In this document: in pieces, positions 29,732-38,147 of the stretch
How positions within the stretch are numbered: position 1 is the first letter of the stretch
Layout of the letters: each line of letters opens with the position of its first letter
Source: an uncultured Gemmatimonadales bacterium
Lineage (GTDB): Bacteria > Gemmatimonadota > Gemmatimonadetes > Gemmatimonadales > GWC2-71-9
NCBI GenBank assembly: GCA_963795085.1
Contig: CAWCFX010000001.1
Span: 1,312,001 to 1,376,000, forward strand
Direction of reading: 5' to 3'
DNA: 64,000 bases
Translations under genes and position numbers: made by a program
Notes under the pieces: generated by a model
Databases searched by the model: none
Seen by the model: the letters and a program-made list of their open reading frames with translations, nothing else
What the model was told of the DNA's origin: nothing

Positions 29732-30403
29732 TTACCGCGGTTCGGCGGCCGTTGCGGCCAGCCGGGCGATGATCGTGTCCATCTGCTGCTCCCGCTGCCT
29801 GGCCCACCGCCCGAGCGGAACGATGGCGTAGCCCAGCATGCCGGCACCCAGCGCGGATATGAATACAATAGAGGGAAGGGAGCCGGCGAGGTTCCCCGCA
29901 ACCGCCGCCGTTCCCATCATGGTCGCGGTGACACCCAGGGTGGCAAGGCCGGCCCCGATCAATGGGCGGGCGTTCCCCTTGTAGGTGCGGAGCACCAGCC
30001 GGTGTCCCTCGGGGGTCGGCTCCAGCAGGGCCTGCAGGTTCCCGTTGGTCCACTGGCGGAAGGACCCGTGGGCACTGACCGTGCCCCGGGCCCTGAAGAC
30101 CTCCCGCAACTCCACCACCAGCTGTTCCCACTCGGCCTCGGACAACTTGTGCGGAAGGTTGATGGACCGCTCCACGCCAACCCGGAGCCCGAGGAACCTC
30201 GGGGGAGCCGGCGCGCGGGCCTGGTCCAGCGTCAGCGCGGCCTGGGCCACGGCAGCCGCCGGGATGCCGGCTTCCTGGCCGATCTGCTGAAGGTCGTCCA
30301 GCGTCATCCCTTCCTGGCCGGGCCCCAGGAGGGCGGGTGCCTGGGCGCCTTCGGCGGCCTTCAGAAAGATGCGAGCCGCTTCCTCGTCATTGTATCGGCG
30401 CAT
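29732..30403 (-). CDS. Hypothetical membrane protein
   Basis: RRYNDEEAARIF, GMTLDDLQQIGQEAGI, two C-terminal TM helices. Confidence 0.75.
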   Translation of the reverse strand: MRRYNDEEAARIFLKAAEGAQAPALLGPGQEGMTLDDLQQIGQEAGIPAAAVAQAALTLDQARAPAPPRFLGLRVGVERSINLPHKLSEAEWEQLVVELREVFRARGTVSAHGSFRQWTNGNLQALLEPTPEGHRLVLRTYKGNARPLIGAGLATLGVTATMMGTAAVAGNLAGSLPSIVFISALGAGMLGYAIVPLGRWARQREQQMDTIIARLAATAAEPR

Positions 30404-30789
30404 CAGGCCAGGCTCTTCCGGATTTCGCCCACCCGCGTCCGGACCAGCCGCTTGACCAATGCCGAGGGAAGCGGCCGGTCCAGGGGAAACCGGACCGTCC
30501 CCTTGGACATGGAATACGGCTTGAGCTCTGCCGCGTGGGCGCGCCGGACAGCGGCGCCCAGGGGATAGAGGCTGCAGTGGTTCTTCCAGGCGGCATACCA
30601 GACCAGGACCTTCCCGTCCAGCCGGAACGCGGGGATGCCATAGCTGAACGCCTCCTCCGCGCTGGGCGCGGCCGCCCGGATCGCGAGCCTGACCTGCCGC
30701 AGCATCCGACGGGCGGGAAGCGGCAGGCCAGCGAGATAATCGCGCACGAGGGCGGCGGGGGTGGCCCGCCGAGCCTTGCTGCTCGCCAT
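30403..30789 (-). CDS. DUF1801/YdhG-like protein
   Basis: [27 protein letters not shown]. Confidence 0.85.
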   Translation of the reverse strand: MASSKARRATPAALVRDYLAGLPLPARRMLRQVRLAIRAAAPSAEEAFSYGIPAFRLDGKVLVWYAAWKNHCSLYPLGAAVRRAHAAELKPYSMSKGTVRFPLDRPLPSALVKRLVRTRVGEIRKSLA

Positions 30790-30828
30790 GGATGGAGTCA
30801 CCGGTTGGGGGGAGCCGGAAATCAATGA

Positions 30829-30863
30829 GTAATCAAATTACGGTAGTGCCGTCGTGATGCCAA
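30829..30863 (-). promoter_or_regulatory. Sigma70-like promoter with overlapping palindromic operator
   Basis: Minus strand TTGGCA (30863-58), 17-bp spacer, TAATTT (30840-35); palindrome GTAAT-CAA-ATTAC at 30829-41. Confidence 0.5.
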
Positions 30864-30909
30864 TCGCGGGTGGGGTGTTCAGGCTGGAGGGGTAGGCGTG
30901 ACGGCGGCC

Positions 30910-31869
30910 TCAGGGCAGATCGACCCAGTTCTCGACAGTCCCGGGGTCGGTGAACGATTCCCCCGAGCATTGCAGTGGACTGGCATCCCGGTCGGCACGG
31001 GAAATAAGGAAAGAGTCGCGGGTGACGACGCCCAGGCCCGCATACCCGGCGAATACCGAGTCCGCCATCGCCTCGAAGTAAGAGACCAGGCGATAGCCGT
31101 TCTCCTGGCTGCGAAAGCGGATGGCGACGTCGGACAGCGTCTGGGAGCCGATGTGGGCGCCGAGGGTGTCGCCGGCATTGACCGCTTGGCCGACGGCCAG
31201 GCCGGAGACAGGGTTGACGTGGAAGATGATCACGGTGGCCGCGGGATACCCGGCCGGGACGATCTGGACCTGGGTCCCGAACGTCATCTCCGCCTGGAGT
31301 GACACGATCCGGCCGGCCACCGGCGAGCGGATGGCCAGCGCGCTCCAGTCCACGTTGGACCGGGGCTGGAAATAGTGCTTCATGCTGCGGCAGGACTCGA
31401 CCCCGTCGGAGTAATCGTGCCCGAAGCCGGAGCGAAACCGGGAGATCCGGGCCAGGACGGTGTGATCGATATAGTCCCGGGCGATGAACCGCGGTACCCC
31501 GAGGACATCCGGGTCCCAGGTGGCAATGACGGTGATCGTCACCGAGTCGCTGCGGCCGTCCACCGAGGCGACGATGCGGGTGGTACCCTCGCCCGTGCCC
31601 GACACCAGGCCACCCGGCGAAACGGTCGCAACACCCACGTTACGGGATACCCAGGTGACCACGGCGCCGGTAACCGGATCGTTCGCCGCGTCCCGGATTT
31701 CGGCCGCGACCTGTAGCGTGCCGTCGAGTTGGATCGTGGCATATGCCGGGGTGAGCAGTACCGACGCTACTGGGGGCAGGGCAGGCTGGGTCGTGCTCTC
31801 CCCGCCGGCGCAGGCGAGCAGCGCGACGAGGAGACCAGCCGGATGGCGGAACCGCCAGGAGAGGCGCAT
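30910..31869 (-). CDS. Lipoprotein with Ig-like (Big_2) domain and M23-like barrel
   Basis: Lipobox LLAC; VTWVSRNVGVATVSPGGLV; ISRFRSGFGHDY, IRSPVAGRI. Confidence 0.72.
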   Translation of the reverse strand: MRLSWRFRHPAGLLVALLACAGGESTTQPALPPVASVLLTPAYATIQLDGTLQVAAEIRDAANDPVTGAVVTWVSRNVGVATVSPGGLVSGTGEGTTRIVASVDGRSDSVTITVIATWDPDVLGVPRFIARDYIDHTVLARISRFRSGFGHDYSDGVESCRSMKHYFQPRSNVDWSALAIRSPVAGRIVSLQAEMTFGTQVQIVPAGYPAATVIIFHVNPVSGLAVGQAVNAGDTLGAHIGSQTLSDVAIRFRSQENGYRLVSYFEAMADSVFAGYAGLGVVTRDSFLISRADRDASPLQCSGESFTDPGTVENWVDLP

Positions 31870-31916
31870 GCGGCCCAGTATCGGACGGGGGAGGGGGAAC
31901 TAAAGCACGACCCGGG

Positions 31917-32468
31917 TCAGCGGCCTCCTGGAAGGAACTCGGCCGGGATCGGGAGGCCCTCGCGCTCGCCGGCCCACTGGGCGTAGGTGATCCACCAGCG
32001 GCCATGCTCGAAGATCAACTCGATGCTGTTGATCCCCCGGCCCCGCTGCGGTCCAGTCTCGGTGGGGGAGGTCCACTCGTAGGTGCTGAACACGTGGGCC
32101 ATCCCTCCGAACTCCCGCACCACGCGGTGCACTTCCCGCTCGAAAAAGCCATGCTCGGCCAGATCGGCGGATTGTTCCGCAAAGGTCGCATGGTCCACGG
32201 CCTGCCACCGCCGTGCCGAACCGGATCCCACCTGGAACATGAAGCGCACGCCCGCCGTGTATAACGTGCTGTCGCGAGCCCAGTCGCGAGACTGACCGGC
32301 GGGACCCGACACGACTTCATAGAACGCGCCAATGATGCCGTCGAGCGTGGCAACATCGCCGGGGTTGGCGGAGCGGCCGGTCAGACCCTGGGCGGCCAGC
32401 GGCGCTGAGAGAATGATGGACGTGATGAATGGGGCCAGCATCGCTCGGGGGTACCTGCACGGGCGCAT
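31917..32468 (-). CDS. Secreted NTF2-like hypothetical protein
   Basis: DGIIGAFYEVVSGPAG, GFFEREV, RGINSIEL, GRWWI. Confidence 0.75.
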   Translation of the reverse strand: MRPCRYPRAMLAPFITSIILSAPLAAQGLTGRSANPGDVATLDGIIGAFYEVVSGPAGQSRDWARDSTLYTAGVRFMFQVGSGSARRWQAVDHATFAEQSADLAEHGFFEREVHRVVREFGGMAHVFSTYEWTSPTETGPQRGRGINSIELIFEHGRWWITYAQWAGEREGLPIPAEFLPGGR

Positions 32469-32648
32469 GGTACGGACTCCAGAAGGGGGAGGAGGGGGGG
32501 GAATCTGGGCCAGCCTTACAGTCCCCGCAATGTGGCTTCGGCCCGCCTCGATTCCACCACGGGATGGACCATTTCCGCCAATGGTGGGCTGGTTTTCCGG
32601 GCAGTCGGTCCACCGGCACACAGTGCAAGCGATTGTGGCATAATTACT

Positions 32649-32683
32649 TAGGGGTTCCGTTATCGCTCATAGGGGTTTATATT
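32649..32683 (+). promoter_or_regulatory. Putative promoter of the DUF2780-DUF4332 operon
   Basis: AT-rich patch; TTCCGT 32655-60, 17-bp spacer, TATATT 32678-83; direct repeat TAGGGGTT at 32649 and 32670. Confidence 0.4.
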
Positions 32684-32731
32684 ACAACTGTTGCAAAGAG
32701 ACACAGTCGCCCGCTTTACCGAGGAGGACTT

Positions 32732-33157
32732 TTGGCTGAAATCAAGGATTTTATCGCCGCCGCATCGGCCCAGCTTCACGAGCCGGAGGACCAGACCAGG
32801 CAGGCCACCGGAGCGCTCCTGGCCACCCTGCAGAGCCGGGTGGAGCCGAGCGACTTCAAGGAACTGCTGGCCGCGCTTCCCGGAGCCCAGGACCTGGTCG
32901 CCGCTCCGGCGGCCGGCCCGGCCCCTGCGCCCCGGCCCGGCCTGATGGGTGCCGCGCTCGGCTCCATGGCCGCGAAGGTGAGCGGCCCAGCCGGTGCCCC
33001 CGGGCTGATCGGAATGATCCAGAAGACCGGTTTTGCTCCCGGCAAGGTCGCGGGGCTGGTGAAGAAGTTCGTGGAATTCGCGAAGGGCAGCGCCGGGGAC
33101 GGCCTGGTCAAGAAGCTCTTCGCCCAACTACCGGAACTGGCAACGCTGGCGGCGTAG
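32732..33157 (+). CDS. DUF2780-like protein
   Basis: TTG start after RBS GAGGAGG; ATGALL..DFKELLAALPGA, Gly/Ala-rich, terminal QLPEL. Confidence 0.7.
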   Translation: MAEIKDFIAAASAQLHEPEDQTRQATGALLATLQSRVEPSDFKELLAALPGAQDLVAAPAAGPAPAPRPGLMGAALGSMAAKVSGPAGAPGLIGMIQKTGFAPGKVAGLVKKFVEFAKGSAGDGLVKKLFAQLPELATLAA

Positions 33158-33185
33158 GTCTGCGCCAGCTGAAAGGAGAACGGAC

Positions 33186-33593
33186 ATGGTTTACAAGATT
33201 GAGCAGATCGAAGGCATCGGTCCCCATTTTGCCGAGCGGCTGGGGACGGCGGGCGTGCATACCACGGAAGACCTGCTTGCACGGGGCGCGACCCCCGAAG
33301 GCCGCCGCCAGCTGGAACTCGCGACCGGAATCAGCGCCGAGCAGGTGCTGACCTGGACCAACCAGGCGGACCTGATGCGCGTCTCGGGTATCGGCTCGGA
33401 GTTCGGGCAGCTGCTGGAGGCATCGGGCGTCAACACCGTGAAGGAGCTGGCCCAGCGGAACGCCGAGAACCTGGTCAACGTCATGACCCGGATCAACGAG
33501 GAGAAGCACCTCACCAGGGTGCTGCCGCCGCTCAAGTCGGTGACCAAGTGGATCGAGCTGGCGCAGACGATGGAGCCGGTGCTGACCTACTAG
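33186..33593 (+). CDS. DUF4332 helix-hairpin-helix protein
   Basis: IEGIGP, ADLMRVSGIG, LLEASGVNTVKELAQRN; RBS AAGGAG. Confidence 0.88.
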   Translation: MVYKIEQIEGIGPHFAERLGTAGVHTTEDLLARGATPEGRRQLELATGISAEQVLTWTNQADLMRVSGIGSEFGQLLEASGVNTVKELAQRNAENLVNVMTRINEEKHLTRVLPPLKSVTKWIELAQTMEPVLTY

Positions 33594-33620
33594 CTGGCCG
33601 CTGTCCCTGTTCCAGCAGTA

Positions 33621-33658
33621 CCGAAGCCCGTTTCCCCGCGAGGGGAGGCGGGCTTCGG
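33621..33658 (+). terminator. GC-rich hairpin after DUF4332
   Basis: CCGAAGCCCGTTTCCCC-GCGA-GGGGAGGCGGGCTTCGG; GNRA loop, no clear U-tract. Confidence 0.6.
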
Positions 33659-33689
33659 GCGTTACGGTGTGCCGGGAGGGTGACAATGC

Positions 33690-34315
33690 TGGACCAGCCC
33701 GGTGCTAACCGGGGCCCGGCACCGTGTCGAGGCGCACCGGCGGGCTGCGGGAATGGACCCGACACCTCTCGATCCGGATATGTCCTCTCACAAGGGTGAA
33801 CCGGCCCCCTGTCGGCCCGGATATTTGCACTCACAACGAGGGAGTGCCAGTGTGAGGAGCGGTCTCAGTCCGGTGGTACAGCAGAACCAGTCCGGTGGAG
33901 CAGCGGTACCACGCCGGTGGTGCAGCAGGAGTATCCCCGTGAAGGAGTGGATCAGCGCCGTGTCGGCCCGGACCGGGACCCTGATGTAACGGACCAGTCT
34001 CCTCTAGAAGCGGACCAGTCAGCTGTCGGTCCGGTACCGAGACCCTATTGTAACGAACCAGTCCCCGGTAGAGGCGGACCAGTCGGCTGTCGGTCCGGTA
34101 CCGGCCCCCTGCAGTAGTGGATCGGTCCCCTGTTCCACCGGTACCAGCCCGGTAGTGCAGCGGAACCAGTCCGGTGGTGCAGCGGAACCAGTCCGGTGGA
34201 GCAGCGGAACCAGTCCGGTGGAGCAGGCGAAGTATCCGTTTTCAGGAGTGAAGTGCGAAGCTGCAGGACCGAAGTGGGACGCTGACGGGTCGAACCAGCA
34301 GGGTGTGGGGGCGGA
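33690..34315. repeat. Degenerate tandem array, about 29 units of 21-22 bp
   Basis: Best units read CGGAACCAGTCCGGTGG(T/A)GCAG (34161, 34183, 34205). The ACCAGTCC-like core recurs every 21 or 22 bp from 33693 to 34294. Internal 64-bp duplication at about 33979-34042 / 34043-34106. Confidence 0.85.
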
Positions 34316-34445
34316 GCGAAGGCTTCCCGAGAACGCAGTGCGAGGGTGGGGGTCCTTGCGCAGGCCCGTGGGGCCGTCGAGGTTGCGCCGGTACCCGAAC
34401 GAGGGGGAAGCCATTGGCGTCCGCGTTGATTTCGATGGGAAAAGC

Positions 34446-35225
34446 ATGACCCGGAGTCCGGTGGATTGGCTGGAGCCGGTGGCGGAGGCCGCCCGGGTGG
34501 CGGGGGCCGTGGCCCTCCGGCACTTCGGGAAGGGCATTGCCGTGGAGGCGAAGGGCGATGGCAGTCCGGTCACCGAGGCAGACCGCGCGGCCGAGCAGGC
34601 GGTGCGGTCCTGGATCGGGGAGCATTTCCCTGGCGACGCGGTGCTGGGCGAAGAGTTTGGACTCACCGCGGGAACTTCCGGCCGCCGCTGGCTGGTGGAT
34701 CCCATCGATGGCACCCGGAGTTTCGTCGCCGGGGTGCCGCTCTGGGGGTCGCTGGTCGCGGTCCTCGAAGGGGAGACCGTAGTTGCGGGAGCGATCTACT
34801 GCGCCGCGGCGGGCGAGCTCGTCGTGGCCGCGACCGGGTCGGGGTGCTGGCACAACGGTACCCGGTGCCGGGTCTCGCAGACGTCCCGGCTGGCCGAGGC
34901 CACCCTGCTCGTCACCGACCGCCAGTTCCCCGTGCACCCGGCACGGCGCGGCCGCTTTGACGCCCTGGCGGACACGGCCCGCCTGGTGCGCACCTGGGGC
35001 GACTGCTTCGGGTACGTGATGGTGGCCACCGGGCGCGCCGACATCATGGTGGACGACGTCATGAACCCATGGGACGCAGCCCCCTTGCTGCCGATCATCA
35101 CGGAGGCGGGTGGCCGGTTTACCGACTGGCAGGGCAGGTCCACCGCATTCGGCGGCGATGCGATCGCCACGAACGCGCTGCTGGACGGCGCGGTCCGGTC
35201 GGTCCTCGGCGAGTCAGCGCCATGA
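34446..35225 (+). CDS. hisN: Inositol monophosphatase family, histidinol-phosphatase-like
   Basis: SPVTEADR, LGEE, WLVDPIDGT, GVPLWG, RTWGDCFGY, WDAAP. Confidence 0.8.
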   Translation: MTRSPVDWLEPVAEAARVAGAVALRHFGKGIAVEAKGDGSPVTEADRAAEQAVRSWIGEHFPGDAVLGEEFGLTAGTSGRRWLVDPIDGTRSFVAGVPLWGSLVAVLEGETVVAGAIYCAAAGELVVAATGSGCWHNGTRCRVSQTSRLAEATLLVTDRQFPVHPARRGRFDALADTARLVRTWGDCFGYVMVATGRADIMVDDVMNPWDAAPLLPIITEAGGRFTDWQGRSTAFGGDAIATNALLDGAVRSVLGESAP

Positions 35226-35257
35226 ATGAGTGGGCGCTTCGCTTCTGCCCGTCCGGG

Positions 35258-36223
35258 CTAGGCGGGCGGATCCGTCTCGTGGTCGAAGTGGATGCCCGGG
35301 CGGGCGCCCCGGTGGATCCGCAGTTCGAAGAGATCCGGGCGCGCGTAGTGGCCCGCCACGTCCAGCTGCCAGCGGGGACCGACCAGCTGATGGGGCTCGA
35401 CGTCGGCGTACAGGATGCCCTCCGCCGAATCGAGGGGGCCGGCCACGATCCTGCCGTCGGGATCCACGATGACACTGAGACCCGGATTGATCCAGCCTTC
35501 GACCGCTCCGAGGTATTTGCCCTTGAAGTCCAGGTTATCGGGAATGTCGTCCTTGTGAAACGCCTGGCAGGCGCCGACCACGAAGCAGCGGCCTTCCTTG
35601 GCCACGTGCCGCAACGTGGAAATCCAGGGCTCACCCCGGTCCCAGGTCGGTGCGACATGGATCTGTTCGCCGGCCGCCGCCAGCGCGTAGCGGGCGAGGG
35701 GCATGTAGTTCTCCCAGCATAGAAGGCCGCTGACTCGCCCGAAAGGGAGATCCAGCACCTCCAGGTCATACTCGGCGCCCTGGCCCCACACCAGCCGCTC
35801 TCCCGCCGTGGGGATGAATTTCCGGTGCCGGCCCAGGGTCCGGCCATCGGCACCCAGATAGAGGATGGAGTTATAGAGGGTGCCGTCGCTGCTCTCGTGG
35901 TTGCGTTCGTTGACGCCGATCGCGACCGTGAGGCGGCAGTCCGCGGCGGCCTCCGCCAGGCGGCTCACCGCGGGTCCGGGAATGGAGACCGCGTTCTGGT
36001 GGAGTTGGGCGTAGAGCCGGCGGAGGGCATGGGTCTGGCCAGGCGGAATGAACCAGACCCACAAAGGATAGGCCGGCAGGAACGCCTCGGGAAAGACGGC
36101 GAGGGAGGCGCCGCCGCGGGCCGCCTCTTCGATCAGCCGGCAGGCCTTGTCGAGCGTCGCCTCCAGGTCGAGAAACACCGAGGCGGCCTGGATGGCGGCG
36201 ATCCGGAACGGCTCACCTGTCAT
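35258..36223 (-). CDS. Nitrilase (carbon-nitrogen hydrolase)
   Basis: Catalytic triad motifs FPEAF, HRKFIPT, LCWENY; DVAGHYARPD. Confidence 0.92.
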   Translation of the reverse strand: MTGEPFRIAAIQAASVFLDLEATLDKACRLIEEAARGGASLAVFPEAFLPAYPLWVWFIPPGQTHALRRLYAQLHQNAVSIPGPAVSRLAEAAADCRLTVAIGVNERNHESSDGTLYNSILYLGADGRTLGRHRKFIPTAGERLVWGQGAEYDLEVLDLPFGRVSGLLCWENYMPLARYALAAAGEQIHVAPTWDRGEPWISTLRHVAKEGRCFVVGACQAFHKDDIPDNLDFKGKYLGAVEGWINPGLSVIVDPDGRIVAGPLDSAEGILYADVEPHQLVGPRWQLDVAGHYARPDLFELRIHRGARPGIHFDHETDPPA

Positions 36224-36596
36224 GGGGATCCTCCGGGGTGGCCTCCATGGCCGAACCCTGCGTTCGTCCAGGAACCTGGCGAACATCCGCGTCCCGCTGG
36301 CTGGCCAGGACCCGCTCGGCGAATTCTACCCGTTCTTCCAACTCCAGCACGTGGCTTCGCATCTCGTCGAATCGTTCCTGCAGGTCCTCGGCATCGTCGA
36401 GATCGGCTTCGGTCCGGGTCCCGGCCTGCCGCCGGGTCATCAGGTGCCGCGCTCCCAGTGCGAATCCCGCCGCCAGTCCGGCGTGGAGAGTGGCATGAAC
36501 AGGTTCGCCGGGCTGGGCCGCGAACCACACCGCAGCCAGGTTGACCACTGCCAGGGTCAAGGAAACCGGTATCCAGGCGGGGTGTCGGAACCACAT
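36213..36596 (-). CDS. Hypothetical membrane protein with coiled coil
   Basis: Two TM helices followed by ELEERVEFAERVL. Confidence 0.7.
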   Translation of the reverse strand: MWFRHPAWIPVSLTLAVVNLAAVWFAAQPGEPVHATLHAGLAAGFALGARHLMTRRQAGTRTEADLDDAEDLQERFDEMRSHVLELEERVEFAERVLASQRDADVRQVPGRTQGSAMEATPEDPHDR

Positions 36597-36837
36597 GGAA
36601 CACTCCTAGGGAACGGCTGTTTCCGGCAGTTGCTCCGGAGAGTCTTCCAGGGACTCATCCTGGCTGACCCTGAAAGAGAACCAGATCCGGGCGCTACAAC
36701 CATGGCTAACAACAGCCCCTTCAGCGGTCCGGAGGAGGGGCTGCGAAGGGGGGACTGCCGCCGTCGGGGTTCTTCGCGGTTCGCTCAGGGCGTGATGCCG
36801 ACCTGGACCCGTGCCGGCGCGATAAGATCGCGTCCGT

Positions 36838-38037
36838 CTAACGCACCGCGATCGGCGCCGTCCAGCGGAACGGCCCCCACTCCATCACCAGGCTGCCCGA
36901 CCGCTGGTCCTTCGGCTCCACCGCGATCGTGAACGTCTCGGCCGGGGCCGCCAGCGTCTCGGTGGCAAGCGCGGTCCGGCCGATATCGTGGGCCGGGCCA
37001 TACCCCGTTCCCCACTGTCCGGTCTGGCGGTTGACGATCAGGGTCACGCCCTCCCGCCGGGGCAGAGTCCACAGCGTGTAGGTCCCCGGCTCGAGGTCTA
37101 TGGTGCCGAGAGTGATGGGGACCGAAGTGGAGAAGTGGGTCGCTTGGTTGGCCCCGGTCCGCCACACGACGTCGTAGGGGATCACCTCGCCGAGGAGCGT
37201 CCGGCCGCGGGCAAGGGGGCGGCCATAGTCCACCAGGAATGCCGCATCGCCGATCCGGGCCCGCAGGGTATCCCGCAGGCTGAGGGCGGGCGCCGCTCCA
37301 CCCGCTCGCTCCGCCGCGACAAACCGGGCCGCGATCGGCTCGATCTCAGGCGCCTGGGCCAGGCGATCCACCACGACCCGATAGGTCGAGCGCGCCCCGG
37401 AGTAGGTCAACAGCCGGCCACGCTCGTCCAGGGTGGCCACCCCGCTCCCCGCCAGCCAGTCGTGCCGGATCTCGGCGATCCCGCCGGGCTGGACCCGTAC
37501 CATCCCCCGGTGCATCGGCACCGGGTAGCGAGGGAACTCACGGTCCGGATAGAACTGGCGGAACCGGACGGCGCTGTCGGGGCGGTCGGCCGCGCGCGCC
37601 GCCGCAAGGGTGAACATCCGCTCCAGCAGGCTGTAGGACTGGGGGACATGGGGGACGGTGGGCATGCCGTCGGTCGCCATCGCGATCGTGTGCGTCCCCC
37701 GGCTGTCGGTCAGCCGGACCCGGACCGTGTCGGGGCCGAACTCCGCCCTGATCCGCCGCTCGCCGGAGTCGGGCTCGGCCGAGGGGATGCGGACGTGCAT
37801 GTCCATCCGGCGGATCGTCCCGTCGGGCGCCAGGTCCAGCTCGGTGCGCCGGATTCGAAGCTGGGGAAAGCGGTCCAGCCCTTCGCTGACGATGCGGTCG
37901 GGGTAGCGCGAGACTGCCTCGATCGAAACGGTGTCCCGGCCCAGCCGGGCGATGAATCCGTACCGCTCTTCCGGCTCCGGCGCGGCACAGGCGGCCAGCA
38001 CCAGCGAGAAGGCGACCGCGGAGGGTGTGCGACTCAT
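36838..38037 (-). CDS. DUF2911-domain lipoprotein
   Basis: Lipobox LAAC; VDYGRP..RGR, VWRTGANQAT, GTYTLWTLP, QTGQWGTGY. Confidence 0.82.
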   Translation of the reverse strand: MSRTPSAVAFSLVLAACAAPEPEERYGFIARLGRDTVSIEAVSRYPDRIVSEGLDRFPQLRIRRTELDLAPDGTIRRMDMHVRIPSAEPDSGERRIRAEFGPDTVRVRLTDSRGTHTIAMATDGMPTVPHVPQSYSLLERMFTLAAARAADRPDSAVRFRQFYPDREFPRYPVPMHRGMVRVQPGGIAEIRHDWLAGSGVATLDERGRLLTYSGARSTYRVVVDRLAQAPEIEPIAARFVAAERAGGAAPALSLRDTLRARIGDAAFLVDYGRPLARGRTLLGEVIPYDVVWRTGANQATHFSTSVPITLGTIDLEPGTYTLWTLPRREGVTLIVNRQTGQWGTGYGPAHDIGRTALATETLAAPAETFTIAVEPKDQRSGSLVMEWGPFRWTAPIAVR

Positions 38038-38147
38038 GGCAATCGTGTGGTGGGGAACGGTGAAGTGGCAGTGGAGCGCCGCCGAGATCGTGGTGGTTCC
38101 GACGGCGCTGAAGGCGGGAAAGTTCCACCCGCGGATGGCCCGCCGGA

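Noticed and set aside
33690..34315. CRISPR array or repeat-protein gene
   Set aside because: Units are contiguous with no unique spacers and no cas genes are present. The mixed 21/22-bp period prevents a repeating peptide.
36834..36842. GTTAGAC (minus strand) as an attC R' box at the DUF2911 stop
   Set aside because: It lies at the end of the coding sequence with no matching R''/L structure, so it may be chance.
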